Shown in pieces: positions 49,342 through 63,689 of a DNA stretch of 64,000 nucleotides; within the stretch, counting starts at the first letter, position 1; the number at the start of each line of letters is the position of its first letter. A model generated the notes under the pieces. The model was not told where the DNA came from, did no database searches, and saw only the letters and a program-made list of their open reading frames with translations. Both the position numbers and the translations under genes were made by a program. The stretch comes from Octopus vulgaris (Eukaryota), in contig OX597831.1 in NCBI GenBank assembly GCA_951406725.2, forward strand, positions 67,580,001 to 67,644,000. Reading direction: 5' to 3'.

Positions 49342-51009
49342 TTTCTTTGCGTATTCCATATTTAAATAATTTGCGCTTCAGAAATAAAACCTTTCTGATT
49401 GAAAAGGAAATTGATTGAAGTGTGTAACAAAGGAACAGTCATTAAGCAAACTGTTTAATGGGAACCGTTATGCTTAACGATTACTGTTGAGGAAAAATAA
49501 AGGCTTCCTGTACCATGGGAAATAGAGATAATTAAATTCCTGTGAAGATTTATCATTTTTGAAGAAAAGAGTATATTCTCAGGTTTTTTTTTTTGTCTTG
49601 GTGGTGAAGAATGGCTTTATACTTCTCAATAAAATTATCGCCTTTGTCTGCATTCAGTATATTCGATTTCTCGCATTTTCGGTGACAATATATCAAAGAT
49701 GTAGGCAATTTTTTTTTTTTTTTTTTTTTTTTTTGCATTTTGAAGGTTTAAATCATCTGCAAATATTTTGTTTCATCATTAGTCAAAAATATCTTCTCAG
49801 CTCTATCATTTGCTCCTAGTTTGTCTAAACTGCAGTAAATTCTTGCTTTGAGTCCACATTGCTGGAGAATTTGAAGGATTATTCCATCCTATTTATTATC
49901 AAAAATGTTAATCTTGATCTCGAGATTTATTCCCAACCAATTCAGAATTATGTTGTCGTATTTCATTTACCGATGAAATCAAGTTATCAACACTGACACT
50001 TCTGTAAAACGTTTCTGTTAAGATTACATACAATATAAACAAAAATTCTTATATCTGTCTTCACTTATTCTGCTGCTTTAATATAATGGTTCATAGAATT
50101 TGCAGAAACTGACCTAATAGATAATTGTTTACTGCAGTCAATGTATCAATATAAAATTTTAAACTCAAACGGTTACAATAAATGAAACTTGAAAAGAGAT
50201 ATTGAATCACGGGATTATGTTACCGCTCATCAATTACTAAAACATTCTATAATTAATTCATATAGTTCATAATATCAATTTTTGAAATTGTTATACCGGT
50301 ATTACTGGTGCAATGACACATTTGCTCAATCTAATGGAAACTAGTACATCTCAGACGAAATAAAAAAATTTAGTCTGGTTTGGATTCAATCTCACAACAT
50401 ATGATGTCCCAAAGATTATTTCATTTATACTATTTCTGAGATCCCACCATCCTATCATTTTTAACATCAATTTATGTCAGACACAAAGACGGGAATTTTA
50501 GAATAATTCGTATTGTAAATTAAATCAACCCAATGTTGATTTAATTTATCATTAAATATTCATTTTATTCACTCGAAAGGGATTTGAACCCAGAACGTTA
50601 AAGTATTTAAGTGAATTTTTCAAAGCATGTAATCTGCAATTCACTTTCAGCAATCTATAACCATTTATATGTGAACTACTAAAGGAATAATCATTCTCAT
50701 CAAATTTGAAATTATATATTCTTTTCTCACCAAGAACGTACGAATTTATTATTAAAGCAATCATCCCTTGTAAAAATAAACAAAACATCTGCTTCTTTCA
50801 TGAGATCAGCTACGTTAGTGTTTTATCAAACAGATGTGTGACTTTGCAAAAAGGTATAAACTTATCGTTTCCTTAATTTATTTCAGCACACGATATTACA
50901 GCAAGAATCTTGGAAACAAATATAAAAATTACACACGCACGCACGCACACAAATACACACTCACACAAACACATTTTTTTGTGTATTCCATATCCAAAAA
51001 TATTTTATA

Positions 51010-52011
51010 TCAATATCTATAAAGCTGAAATGCGAAAAATTTGTTTGTCTCATTTGGGGATGGGAACGGTTTTAGGGCCTGTAGATGGGGTCGGATTGGC
51101 TCCAAAATTTACAGGGACACATAAAAAGAGGCGAGGAAGCGACTGGACTAGGTTAGAAACCCCTATCTCAAAAGCTGTGGTTACTAGGGCAACAAAATCC
51201 AGACTTTGACAAGTGTTTGTCGTTTCTCTCTTTCGGATTTCACCCTGCCTTCCTCGATCTCTCTCTTTTCTTCCTTCCTTCATGAATATCTATAAAGCTG
51301 AAATGCGAAAAAGTTGTTTGGTTGTTTGTCTGTTTTTGGGGTGGGAACGGTTTAAGGGGCGATAGATTGAGTCGGATTGGCGCTATAATTTATACTGGGG
51401 GTAAAATAGGGTGGGCAATGGTGTGAGGAGGGTTGCAAGTCGCTTGGGGCTACCGTTTGGTTGCCATGGTGAGGAATATGGGAAAAATTGAGTTTTATGG
51501 GATAGACAGGTTGCGCTGTTTGAATAATGGTGGCTTTTCGTGTTGCTGCAGGGACTAGAGGCGGTTATCTTTAATTATGGGTGTAAAAATTTGGGGGATT
51601 TGGGAAAGGGTGGTAAAATTTTTCAACTTTCAAAAAGAGTACATTTTTGCCCTATTTTTAGATTTAATTTTTTCTGTTTGCATTATTTGGTTAACATGGG
51701 TTAAAATGGCATTGTGTTAAAGGCCAAAATTTTAGCTTTCATTTGCATCATGAACCGTCAAAAGATACCAGAAAAAGTATCAAATTTCACAAAATTTTAA
51801 GTAACTTTGAATTATTTTTGTGATTTTACGTGCATGCGTAAGAGAAAGCGAGGGAGAGTCCGAGAGAAAGGTAGAGTAAGAGAGTGAGAAAGTGAGAGAG
51901 AAAGGAGAGAGAAACAAAGAGGGAGAATGTGGCGATAAGAATCAGAAAGGAAGCAACAGAAAGTAACGACCACACCCTCACCCGCGCGTAGAGCGGGTCA
52001 CCTTAAGCTAG
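51010..52011 (+). mobile_element. Non-autonomous Helitron with a duplicated 5' module (second start at ~51284)
   Basis: A|TCaatatctataaagctg start; 3' hairpin acccgcgcgtagagcgggt followed by CTAG|T. Confidence 0.75.
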
Positions 52012-53063
52012 TTTAAAATATAAAATTACACACGATATAACAGCAAGAATCTTGGAAACAAATATAAAAATTACACACGCACACACGCACACGCACACAC
52101 ACACACACACAATATCCACCCAAAATCCAGTGCCATAATGCTAAATAACTGGCAAAACAGCTGGTATTAAAGGGCAGGCCTACCACTGTGCAGGCAACAC
52201 AGGTTATCATGAAATGATGTTCACTATATATTTAATCACTCCTAACTTTGCAAGTTTTAAAAATTCGGTTGACTCACTCAGCCAGAAACTGCATTTTTAT
52301 ATATATTTGTGGGAAGAAAGTGGGATTTGGGAAACGGATTGTCATAACTTTCACTGGCCTTACGAGATCGATGTAATCAATGTCACTAATATTTCTTTAG
52401 AATAGTTCCAAGTTGAGAGCTACAGATGCACAAACTTACAAAACGGAGAAAATTAAACAAATATGGACGACTTGTTCACAAACACCCGCGAGTGGGAAAC
52501 AGTTCTCAAAAATAGGTCCCAATAGTTTTGCCCCCAAATTCTTATGTTCTCGGAATTTACAATTTACAAATTGTAGAGAATTTCATTAAAAAATATCTAT
52601 TTTCTTCAAAGGTAAGACGAATTGAAGTGGACTCCAGTGAATTTTCCGAAATTCCCTCCCTCAATCCTCCTAAAACACTTCCCCCACAAAATTTTGTATA
52701 TTCGGAATCTGCATGATATAACACATATTCGTAGACAATTTCATAAAAAATATCCATTTTTCTGAAAGTTGTGATCATCCAAAGTCGGCGGTGGGGGCAG
52801 AAATCTGCAGCTATGCCTTTGAATCAAACACGAAGAGATTTCAGCTCAAGCAAATTTTTTCAACAAGTTCTTCAAAAAGATTTCAGCATAAACTCTCGGA
52901 AAATATGCTCAAAAAGAAACAAAAAATATTCCGTGAATCTTCTCAGCTGCAAAAGCCTCTGTATCAGTGATGGAAGTTTTTTTCTTACCTTTTTGCTGAA
53001 TTCACAAACTGACTGGTGGGAATAAAATGACCTGTTAATTTTCATCTCTGTTCATATGTATAA

Positions 53064-53288
53064 GGCGGCGAGCTGGCAGAAACGTTAGCAGGCCGGACGA
53101 GATGCGTAGCCGTATTTCGTCTGCTGTTACGTTCTGAGTTCAAATTCCGCCGAGGTCGACTCTGCCTTTCATCCTTTCAGGCTCGATAAATTAAGTACCA
53201 GTTACGCACTGGGGTCGATATAATCGACTTAATACTTTGTCCTTGTTTGTCCCCTCTATGTTTATCCCCTTGTGGGTGATAATGAAAT
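53064..53288 (+). mobile_element. SINE family B (Tx1-like tail)
   Basis: Full-length match to 21197-21420. Confidence 0.9.
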
Positions 53289-53978
53289 ATATATACGTGT
53301 GTGTGTGTGTGTGTGTATGTGTGCGTTACCAGTACCATAAATCTCTACCCGTCTCTCTCTCTCTATCTATATATCTCTCTGTCCTCTTTCTCTTCTTTCA
53401 CTGATTTCCACCCCATATCAACCCATTTCATATCATTCAATTCTTTTATCTCCCCCCCCCCAATGCCATTCATCGCCTTATAAACAGTCTGCAGCACCAT
53501 ATTTTTCTTGTGTACCTAGAATTTTTTTGTCACCAGAGATAAAAGAGCCAATGCTCTTAGACATACCCACACAAATAAGTCTGTCTCCAGTTTATTTCTC
53601 CATAGGAAATTAAGATGGCATTGCTTTCAGTACTGACCAGTTCTATATTACATACACTCACGCACGCACGCACACGCATACACACACACACAAACGCCAC
53701 ACACACACACACACACACATACACACACACACAAACGCCACACATACATACGCGTTTGTAATTACCTACATGTTTTCACATACCACTAAATCGAAGGAAA
53801 TAATCTATTCCTTCTTTAGTGACATCAGATCTTACGAATAAGATAAAATTGATAAAATTGTCCACATAAGGGATGTAAAGAATTTCTTTTTAATAACTCA
53901 TTCTCGAATTGCCCCCTTTCTCTATTGGTATACTAAACATTGTGTACAAAAGGTATAAAAATTCGGCATAACCCTACG

Positions 53979-54130
53979 CATGCCTCAGCAAAATATTACC
54001 ATGCCCCACCAAAATATTACCATGCCCCACCAAAATATTACCATGCCCCACCAAAATATTACCATGCCCCCACCAAAATATTACCATGCCCCACCAAAAT
54101 ATTACCAAGCCCCACCAAGATATTACCACG
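53979..54130. repeat. 21-bp minisatellite (aaaatattaccatgccccacc), about 7 copies
   Basis: Directly visible. Confidence 0.95.
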
Positions 54131-54627
54131 ACACTACGCAGCCAGTGTTGCCAGGTATGCGAATAAAAATCCAAGTGTTCAAGAATGGAGTAGATAAAAT
54201 CTGTGCTACGTGTTTCATAGCGGGCGGACCCGCGGAAGTGTTAAATATCCAAGCGAGGTGTATACCGCAGGTTACTCTTCAAACCATGGATATCTTGATT
54301 AAAAGCAGTTTGCATTATCGTTAAGCGGCCCATGTTAACATTCGATCAGAATGCGTAGAGAACATCGTTTGGGTGGAGAATATATAATTGTGAGAAGTTA
54401 TGACTATAAGAAAAGAAAAAAAAGAATAAAGAATAAAAAATATATAAGGGAGTTGGAGAGTTACAAGTAAAGAAATTAAGTAGGTTCATTTCACAGATGG
54501 TTTTCCATAGGGCCATTTTGAGAGAGAGAGAGAGAGAGAGAGAAATAGTGAGTGGTATTTTAAATAGGATATTGTTGAGGGAAGCGGGGAGGGAGCATCT
54601 GTGGTCGATAGGAAGAAAAATGCATGC

Positions 54628-54745
54628 TAAGCATGAGATGGTATAGAGATGGTATAGAGATGGTATAGCATGAGATGGTATAGCATGAGATGGTATAGAG
54701 ATGGTATGAGATGGTATAGAGATGGTATATAAGAGATGGTATAGT
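54628..54745. repeat. Tandem gagatggtata-type repeats (11-14 bp units)
   Basis: Directly visible. Confidence 0.9.
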
Positions 54746-56559
54746 AGTAAATTTGAAAGTCTAGAGTGGGGGCAGAAGAATGTTAGCAGTGACTAAAATT
54801 TAAGAATTAAGGAATGTATATTGTTGTGCAGGCGCGTGTGTACTGTTTGAACTAGTAGAGGTGTATGTAGGCGTATGTACTTGTAAGTTTACTAAGATGA
54901 TGTGGATGGGTAGGGATGAAGGCGAATTAAGAGACTATTTTTTAGAGTATAAAAGGTAAGGAGAGATAAAAATAGATATAAAAAAAAAATAAGGAGTTAT
55001 AGGGAAAATTATTAGTGGTCAAAGAGTTGGTAGTTGTGAGGGTAAATAAAGGGGAATGTCTATGAGAGCAGGGGGAGTTAGGGAATAACGCGAAGGGTTA
55101 TTATTTGTATTTTCAGAATAGGTTACGTAGTCTGTGTCTGCTTGTAAAAATTATGTTATCACGTCCATTAGGACATTCAGTGGATTGCATAATAGATAAG
55201 ACGGTATATGGCTTAGTACGCCTGACTATGGATCGCTTTCAAGTGTAAGGAATTGATTCGTTCTAGAGTTTATGGATATGCTGAGATAAAGACGTACTAT
55301 TGGATTTTGTTTGGGACTTGAAGTTAGAATAGTGGTTGTCCATTCTAGCTTTGAAGATGGTACTGCACAAGCCGGTATACTGTGCATTTGTAAACTATGT
55401 TTTTATTAAGACAGTGATTATCTAAAGGATAAAATGTTGGGCGTCTGCGGCTGCATAGGTTCATAGGGGGCCTTATGGTTGAATATGTATGGTGATTGTC
55501 ATTTTGTGACAGTGCAGTGTTAGGTTTATTATCAGTGGTAGTGTTAAAATTGGCATTTATTAGGGTGTTGAGAGAAACGTTGTGGTGTTGTATATTATGG
55601 TTGTTATCTCCACCGATAAGTTTATTGTTATCTCCGGATTGTATCTGAGTTCCATGTTATTTTGTCTTCCGACCGGCCGGTCGTGTCTTTTTGAGTCGGA
55701 AAACTGCTGTTATTCCTGAATGTTTTATGGTTATTTCATGTTACTGTGAATGTGACTTTGTATCAGTGTGACCAGTTTTTTGCTGCTTCTGTAATGATGA
55801 GCAGACAAAGTTTTCGTAAGTTAATTTAGATATATTTAGTTGTTTTCTTACGTTAACCTGAGATATATACTTATAATATTGCGTTGATAATAGTATATCC
55901 GCAGGTGGAAGTTCTTCACTTTATTCAATGTAATGTTTTGTTGTTAATTGCCTATGTGCAATTTATAATGTTTAAGCATTAAATTTCAGTATATTCAACA
56001 TTTTTCCTCATTTTATACTTTTCGACCGTGTGTATCAGTCATAATAAACATGTTAAATGTATATATTTTGTAGTAAAACTTTTATTACGAGAAAGTTCTA
56101 TATCAGAAAGCCAAATATCAGAAAATGTATCAGAATGCCCCATAAAATGTCAATTTTCAGTAAAATGTATCAGAATACACCAGCAAAATGTCAGTGAGTA
56201 TATTTATGAAATATATTAGAATGCATTGTGTTTTGCAGTAAGTGAATATCAGAAAAGGTGGTCATATTCAAAAATGTCAGAATATTTTATTATTTTCAGA
56301 ATATCATCATATCAGAAAACAAATAGCAAAAAACCCTGTTCAAATAATTTTGTATTTAAGTTTATATTATTTTTCTATTTTCTTATTTTTTGTAGTCTAC
56401 CGTACACTTGTATGAACACGTGCTACACGTACACACCGTTACGTATGGCTCCAAAGTTTAAACCATTGTTGATCTTTATTGTCTACACGAAACAGCAACA
56501 ATGATAGTTTTCATGTCCGATGATATCGTCTATATCGTTCTTTATATCTGTATGAGGTA

Positions 56560-58200
56560 TAGTTAGGTCTTCAGGTAGGTTTAAGGATCAGATGCTCACT
56601 TTTGCTGAAATTGAAGAGTTCTATGAATTTAAGCTCTTCTAAGAATGAGTATCGCATTTTTAATTGGTCGACAGCTGTGTTAATAGTTTTTTTATAGAGC
56701 TTTCTGTAATGTTGTCTGGGATCAATAGATTTATTCCTGAATTTCTTAATTTCGATTGCTGCATCGGTTCCATATTTTCTGTCTAACATATCATAAATTA
56801 TTGAAAAATCAGCGAGTTTATTTTTAAGCAGTTTCAATTTTTATCTATTTGCTCTTTGCAATACGCTATGTTATGACTTTTAGTCTGAAAGATGTTAAAT
56901 AAGACATCAGTGAAAGAAAATATGTCACTAAATACATCTAATAAAAATAATAAATCAGGAGATTAAAAAATATATAAGATTCCAATAGCAGAATTTATTG
57001 TGGTCTCATCCCATGCTTCGGGATTTTCAATGATGTCTTCAAAATGGCTCGCTATGAAATTACAATTTTCTTTTATAACAAGAACAAGACACGAGGAGTA
57101 GTTCCTATCGTTTTGGGAAATCTTTTTTTTTAACTAAGTTATCTAACGCATTAGCCCTTTTGGGTGATTTTGTAATAAATGTACCCAGTCCATTTACTGT
57201 ATAAAAATATTCTGCTTTGATATATTGAAGAACTTGCGAAAGAACTACATTTAGGACATTAGCACAACAATGAACAAAGATCGCACATTCATATTTCCCT
57301 CTCACTTTTGACAGCAGCACATTTAATTGCCCTGCCATTGTAACGACACCCAATAAAAGTTTTCTGCAATTAATTAGTGTTCACACTTCCGCGTTTCAAT
57401 GCATTTTAAAAACATTTTCAGATAAAGCGTTTTCTGAACGATCTGCACTAACGTCATTAAAACCGACAAATCGTTCTTTAATAACACAATACATAATGTA
57501 AAACAGTTGACAGTTATGTATATTTCGATACACTGGACGTTTCACATACAAAAATAACTACGAATTTAGCCTACTTCAGTTCATTTTCTATTTCATCCAA
57601 CATAACTTTTTGAACTGCATCAATCATTTTGAATTCTGTTTGAGAGACCTGAGAAAACAGAAACTGTATCAAGATGACTTACCAATGATTCGATATATTT
57701 ACTGATTAAATACAAGAGTGCTTTATAATTTCCGCGATTATTGGACCCTTTAAATTCAAAATGAACCCGAATTGATAAGTTCTAGCGACCGAGGAAAGTA
57801 ACTGCATAACTCGCCGCAGAATGGATCTATTTCGTTTAACTTCATTATGCTGTTGTATGCTCTGTTTTTATACGCATCCAATCGCAAGTCTATCTGAACA
57901 TTTCCAAATGATTTAAGATCTATCAAAGATTTTATGCCTTTGAGAACGTTCATGTTTTAGTGTGGCAATATGTAGATTATGTAAGTCATCGTAACCTTTA
58001 TCATTCCAAACAATTTTTCCTAAACTAAATAATAGGCATAGCCAGCAGAATAGCTTATTTTGTTTAGCACTTTCAGTTAACCATTTTTACCTTTCATATA
58101 CCTTAGCCTGGCATTGTCGAATTCGTTTCTTGTTGGAACTTCGCAAATTAGGTACTTTCGACGTTGGTTTTCCATCATATACAATTGTTTCCTTTCAAAG
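56560..58200 (-). pseudogene. hAT-superfamily transposase fossil (ZMYM1/Tip100-like)
   Basis: LFCWLCLLF (TTF-finger region), NRGNYKAL, ERFVGF.DVSADRS, MAGQLN..KVRGKYECAIFVHCCANVLNVVL; many stops and frameshifts. Confidence 0.8.
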
Positions 58201-59935
58201 TCTGTATTTTTAAAATCCTTTCTTTCAAAAGTTCTATATCACATTTCTGTCAACTGGACTAATATATCGAACGTTCAAAAGATTTTATAAAAGAAATGTG
58301 TATGTGTGTGTCTGTGTGTATGTGCGTGCATACGAATTACGAGTCAGTTCGAATAAAACGGAAGAAAAAATAAATCAACGAAGCAATGAAAAAGTCTCGT
58401 CAAAAGGGAGAAATTCCAACTTACATATAACAGATAATCTAAAAAAAGTTCGCAACTGTAATAATGAACATTAAAGAGAAACTAAATAATTTTGTCCTGT
58501 TATCAAAAATTAGGTCTGAACCGATCTGATTGACAAAGAATTTTGAAAAGGTTTTTATTAGTGCCTTTTGACTGAAGTCAAACGGTCAAATCCATTCAAC
58601 TATGTGGTTAATCTTTAGCGACAACATTGCAGGACTTCGAAACTATTTTCAACGGGATGGGAAATGCGGTCAGGTAGAACTGTCTTCAATAACCCAAGTA
58701 ATGCTATATTTATATTGCATCTGACCATCTCCTTCGAAACAAATTAACTATTTAGTTTTGTTTTCAATGATTTTGACATATTTTCGATGTAGTTGCAAAT
58801 AAATTACGTTCTAAATTTATTTTTGATTTCTATATAAAATATATGACCATGCAACGCATGACTTGCATAGCTGGAGCGTACGCCACCGATATAAGATGGA
58901 ACAAGAACGTAACAGGCGACAACAAAACATTCGGACAGTTAGACGATACGAAAAAGGACAGGAAAAAACAAGGACGGGTCATTCGATATATATATATATG
59001 TATAGTTATATAAATAATTCTATCTTCTTGTACATTTAACAATAGAATGAATAGAAGGGTGAGCAAGCAGAAGTCGAGGTTTCAATTCATCATAATCTGT
59101 TTATTTTTAAGAAATTATATCGGACAAAAGAAGCAAAGTTCTTTTCATTAAATGATGTAGTTCTGTAGTTATTGATTGATGTTTAGAGTAAATTTCATTT
59201 ATTTGGTTAACTTGTGAGAATATGAACATATGAGAAAGAGAGAGAGGGGGGGGAGAAAGAAAGAAAAAGAGGGAGACACACACACACACTGAGAGAGAAT
59301 GAGAGAAAGAGAGTGAAGAGAGATATAGAGCCACGTGTATGTCAACCCCCATAGTAGATTAAATTTGATAGCGGCTCAGATAGTTCGTGACATAGATTCT
59401 CATTGTTGACAAGTCTAGCTGTTAAACCAACAACTGATGGCCGAATAACAACAGATGAATGATTTTATATCAGGGTTGGATGATTCGTAATCAAACAAAT
59501 TGATTGACTAGTTTAATTCCAATATCATCAATTGATATGATGTGCGTTTGAGAAATCTAAATAATCAAGTTTTTGCTACCTTTAGTGAGTCGAATTGATG
59601 TGTATTAAAAAATCCCAGTTATTCAGTTTTGTGATGACGTCGTCAGTCAATTTGAGGAGTCCGGTTATTTATTGAAAGATCTGATTGGAAATAAATCCGG
59701 CTTGGAATCTTTGGCAGAGACCTTCACACTACACAGTTAGTTATGCAGCAACGAGCGAAATTACTATATCCGAAAGTATGATTTGCTACTAATGTTTATA
59801 AGTTACGCAGAAAATGGCAAGTAAACAACGAAAGATGTGGTTTTTAATGTATTTACGATATAGTGTAGTATATCGAAAGATTGATGTGATGCGAGGCCAG
59901 TAATATGATTCACAGACTTCAGAAGAGAATCTGAA

Positions 59936-60158
59936 CTTGGCAGACACGTTAGCGCGCCGGGCGAAATGCTTAGCGGTATTTCGTCTGTCGTTACGTTCTA
60001 AGTTCAAATTCCGTCGAGGTCAACTTTGCCTTTCATCCTTTCGGGGTTGATAAATAAAGTGCCAGTTTCGCACTGGGGGCGATATAATCGACTCAATCCC
60101 TTCGTCTGTCCTTGTTTGTCCCCTCTGTGTTTAGCCCCTTGTGGGCAGTAAAGAAATA
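59936..60158 (+). mobile_element. SINE family B (Tx1-like tail)
   Basis: Match to 21197-21420; tail gccccttgtgggcagtaaagaaa. Confidence 0.9.
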
Positions 60159-60323
60159 TATATACGTGAACATACAATGAGTGTTGCTTGTATATGTATG
60201 AGTGAGTTGTAGCCAAATTGTGCATATCTTAGAGTAAATGTTCACATGATCCTGAATATGGCACAGTATTGGATTGCGTACATATTTAAATGAATATGAT
60301 GCGATATCAAATTGCGTATACAA

Positions 60324-60378
60324 ATGAGTATATACTCAAGTGAGTATATACTCAAGTTAGTATATACTCAAGTGAGTC
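60324..60378. repeat. Three tandem 16-bp units containing the palindrome tgagtatatactca
   Basis: Directly visible. Confidence 0.85.
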
Positions 60379-60555
60379 TAAGTATAAGTTAGTGAAGCAA
60401 TTTTCACTGAATGGTACCGAGGAGGAAAATCGCTGTTAATGGTATGTCAAGAAAACGTCTGGCAATGTGGGAGTTATGCCAGGTACATGTATGTCATGGA
60501 TAATTGCTGTGGGTAAAGTATGTACGACATGCAACAAAAGATGTTGAATGCACTA

Positions 60556-60774
60556 TACCTTGGAGAAGGACATCATGCTCGGAATGGTCAGTGGCAAGAG
60601 AGGAAGAGGCCGACCAAGAACCTGCTGGCCTGACACCATCAAGAGGGATACCGGAATGGACATAGCCAATCTGAAAGAAGCGGCCCAGGATAGAACTGAC
60701 TGGAGGACACTGATCAAACGAGTAACCGAGAGTCGACTTCGACTGAGCGGATAGATAGATAGATAGATAGATAG
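60556..60774 (+). mobile_element. RTE/BovB-like 3' end with (GATA)n tail
   Basis: LEKDIMLGMVSGKRGRGRPRTCWPDTIK..DRTDWR..VTESRLRL. Confidence 0.85.
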
Positions 60775-61746
60775 CACTATACCAAGTATGCTTTTTCTAT
60801 GTACACTGTGACCAGAACAAATTTGTACAGTTGAAATATGATAAATTGCTGGAAGAAGCATCAGAGAAAACGTACTCTGTGTTCCTAACCGAAATGCCGA
60901 GAGAAAATGAGAAGCACTGTTAAAAAGTCTGTTCATATTAAACTGTGTGATGAATTCGTTAGCAGGTGGAAAGTGAAATTGTAGAGTGGAAGCAGTCGCT
61001 AGGCGCAATGTTCAGCAGAATTGAAGTCGATGATCAAAATTTGTGATTGATACACATATGTAAGCAATCACCGGGAGAGAGGCAATACGGTGCACGTTTT
61101 GTATTATATGAACGTATGAGTGTTGCAACGTTGTTTAAGTCAAAGACGAAAGTGCAGTAGCCCGAGAACAAAGAAAATACTCGTGCAAAAATAGGTTGCA
61201 AAAACCAATGGAATCCAGAAAATAACATGTGATGGAGTGCATTATGGATAATACAGGCGGAAGAAGAGAAAAATGCCTATGAGCATGAACGGAACGCTGC
61301 CAAGGCGTCGTGCAGAAACTGGATTACAGAAAGTTGAGTACTGTCATCTTGTGAAATGTAAACACATGCTACCACGTGTTCAACATGAACTAGTGTGCAG
61401 GCAAAACTTACGATCAGCATTATGCGATGAACTATGCAGATAAATGCGCAAAAAAGAATGAGTAAATATTTTTGCTGCTGTGTGCAACGAGTTCCGGTTT
61501 TAAATATTAAGCTACATATGTATATATAAATGTATGTATTGTATGCATATGTGTGTGTGTGTGTGTGTGTGTACGCAGACACACACACACACACATACAC
61601 ACACACACATATACATCGTTCAAATTTACAGAAAACGAAAGACAAAGGCTGGAAGGATTGAGAGGGAAAATACTGGAGAACAAAAAAATAAACGGATAGA
61701 GAAAAATGTGTAGGGATTAACGGTTCAACATAATGTATATATATAT

Positions 61747-61805
<59 letters not shown>

Positions 61806-61828
61806 TGTACACACATATATATATAGTA

Positions 61829-63560
61829 CTAGTATAGCCCGGCGTTGCCCGGGATCAAGCACTTTATTTCAAACCAAAATAAGTGACTCCGACATCAAAT
61901 TTGAGCGAAATACGTTGAAATTGGTAAACGTTTGGCTGAAAATGGGTTGCAGCCAATTTGATTGGGAAATCCCATAAGGAATCTGTTTATCGATTATTTC
62001 CACTCATCGATTGTTTCTTTTTTTTTTGGGGGGGAACTTAAAGCATTCAAAGATCCCATGAGTCTTAACTAATGCTGGCATCAAGTTTGAGCAAAATTTG
62101 TCAAATTGTGTTACAAAGGATTTGCTGGTACCTCTAGCAGCATCGAGGAACAATATTCCGCCCGCCTATTTTTCAACTGCACTGACGACAGTTTCGTACA
62201 CCAGCCCCTGATCAGGGAGCAATTTCGGTTCATTTACTCTCAGGTACTCCGCAAGGCCATCAGCGTAATACGACAACTCCAGAAGTAACTTTGGTGGGAG
62301 TGTGTTAACGTCCTGTCGCAATGAGGTTGGCAAACCGAATGTGTTCAACGCTGCCCCCACCCATTTTGAGCAAGGCATCCTCGATTTCAATCAGCGCATT
62401 GTTGTAGATCAGGTCATTGTATCCAATGTCAGCATTAGGGAACTGTTGCTTTGCCAGTCATCATTTGCCTTGACCACCGAGAAAGCAAAATTACACACAG
62501 AGAATTTCATAAACAGAAATGAATGGGAAAAAATTTTAGATTAAATTTTTACTAAGAAAAAAAATCGGATTTTTTGCGTGGAATCAACTACCCTGGTATC
62601 TTAATTTCACCGCCCCCCATACCAATTGATCTTTTGACCATCTATTTTTCAAGGTACGTGGAAAAATACGGAGATTAAAAATATGGAAAACATTTGTTTT
62701 TAATCGCAAATTTACCATGAAAAACTCCGGTAAATTTTTAGATAACACTCATGCGATTTTCACAAAAAAAAAAACCGGATTTTTTGCATGGAATCAACTA
62801 CCCTGGCCTCCTAATGTGCTACAAAACCCTTTTGTGGTCCGAGAAACGGGGTGTGGTGTGGTGGAGCCTCGGAAGTTTTACCCAATTGTATTTTGTAATT
62901 TACTGACAAATTGTTAGCTACCTCTTTGATTCTATGTTGCTAAATAAATGGATCCTCAACAAAACACTTTTTTCCTTGGCGTTAAATAAAAACAAAACTC
63001 TTTCGCTCCCAAAGTAATGCATGTGTGAGAGAGAGGGGGAAAAAAGATGAACGATTTAAAATAAATAAATGATTTAAAATAAATATATTTTAACTGTTGT
63101 GTGAGAAAGCATATATAATCTGATTATAAGATATAGTTCCTTTCAAAAACATCTTAAATTTGAATACTATATCTCGTGTTTAAGAAAAAAGAGAACATTT
63201 TACATTTTTATTTTTGGTGAACGCTGTCACTTACCCTCTCTGTCTGTCTGTCTCTCTATCTCTCTCTCACACACACATACACATACATTAATACACAACT
63301 ACTCACTCCCTCACACACACACATTTTCACTTCGCTATGGCATGGAGGAACTCAACTCATGTTAGCAAACTTCAAAATTGGTAAAAGTTAAGGTTGAAAA
63401 TCGATTTTTACTGCTACCCGTGGGTACCTCGGGAAAAATAATTTGACGAATAGACAGCTAGGTTCGTGACGAAGGTCCTCCTAAAATTGGAGCGACATGC
63501 ATGCTAATTTGTGGACGTGCATAAATTACATTCACGTACACATCCTGCTTTTATATACAC

Positions 63561-63563
<3 letters not shown>
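61829..63563 (-). mobile_element. Complete non-autonomous Helitron with a RepHel fragment (62106-62490)
   Basis: A|TCtgtgtatataaaagc 5' end; hairpin cccgggcaacgccggg and CTAG|T 3' end. Confidence 0.85.
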
Positions 63564-63658
<95 letters not shown>

Positions 63659-63689
63659 GTGTGTGTATATGTATGTATATGTATGTATG

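Noticed and set aside
53979-54130. CRISPR-like appearance of short repeats (also 1146-1223 and 5566-5660)
   Set aside because: No unique spacers, no cas genes, eukaryotic context.
54200-55950. Possible ancient LINE remnant on the minus strand (IGGD-like patch at ~55610)
   Set aside because: Too decayed to support without a profile search.
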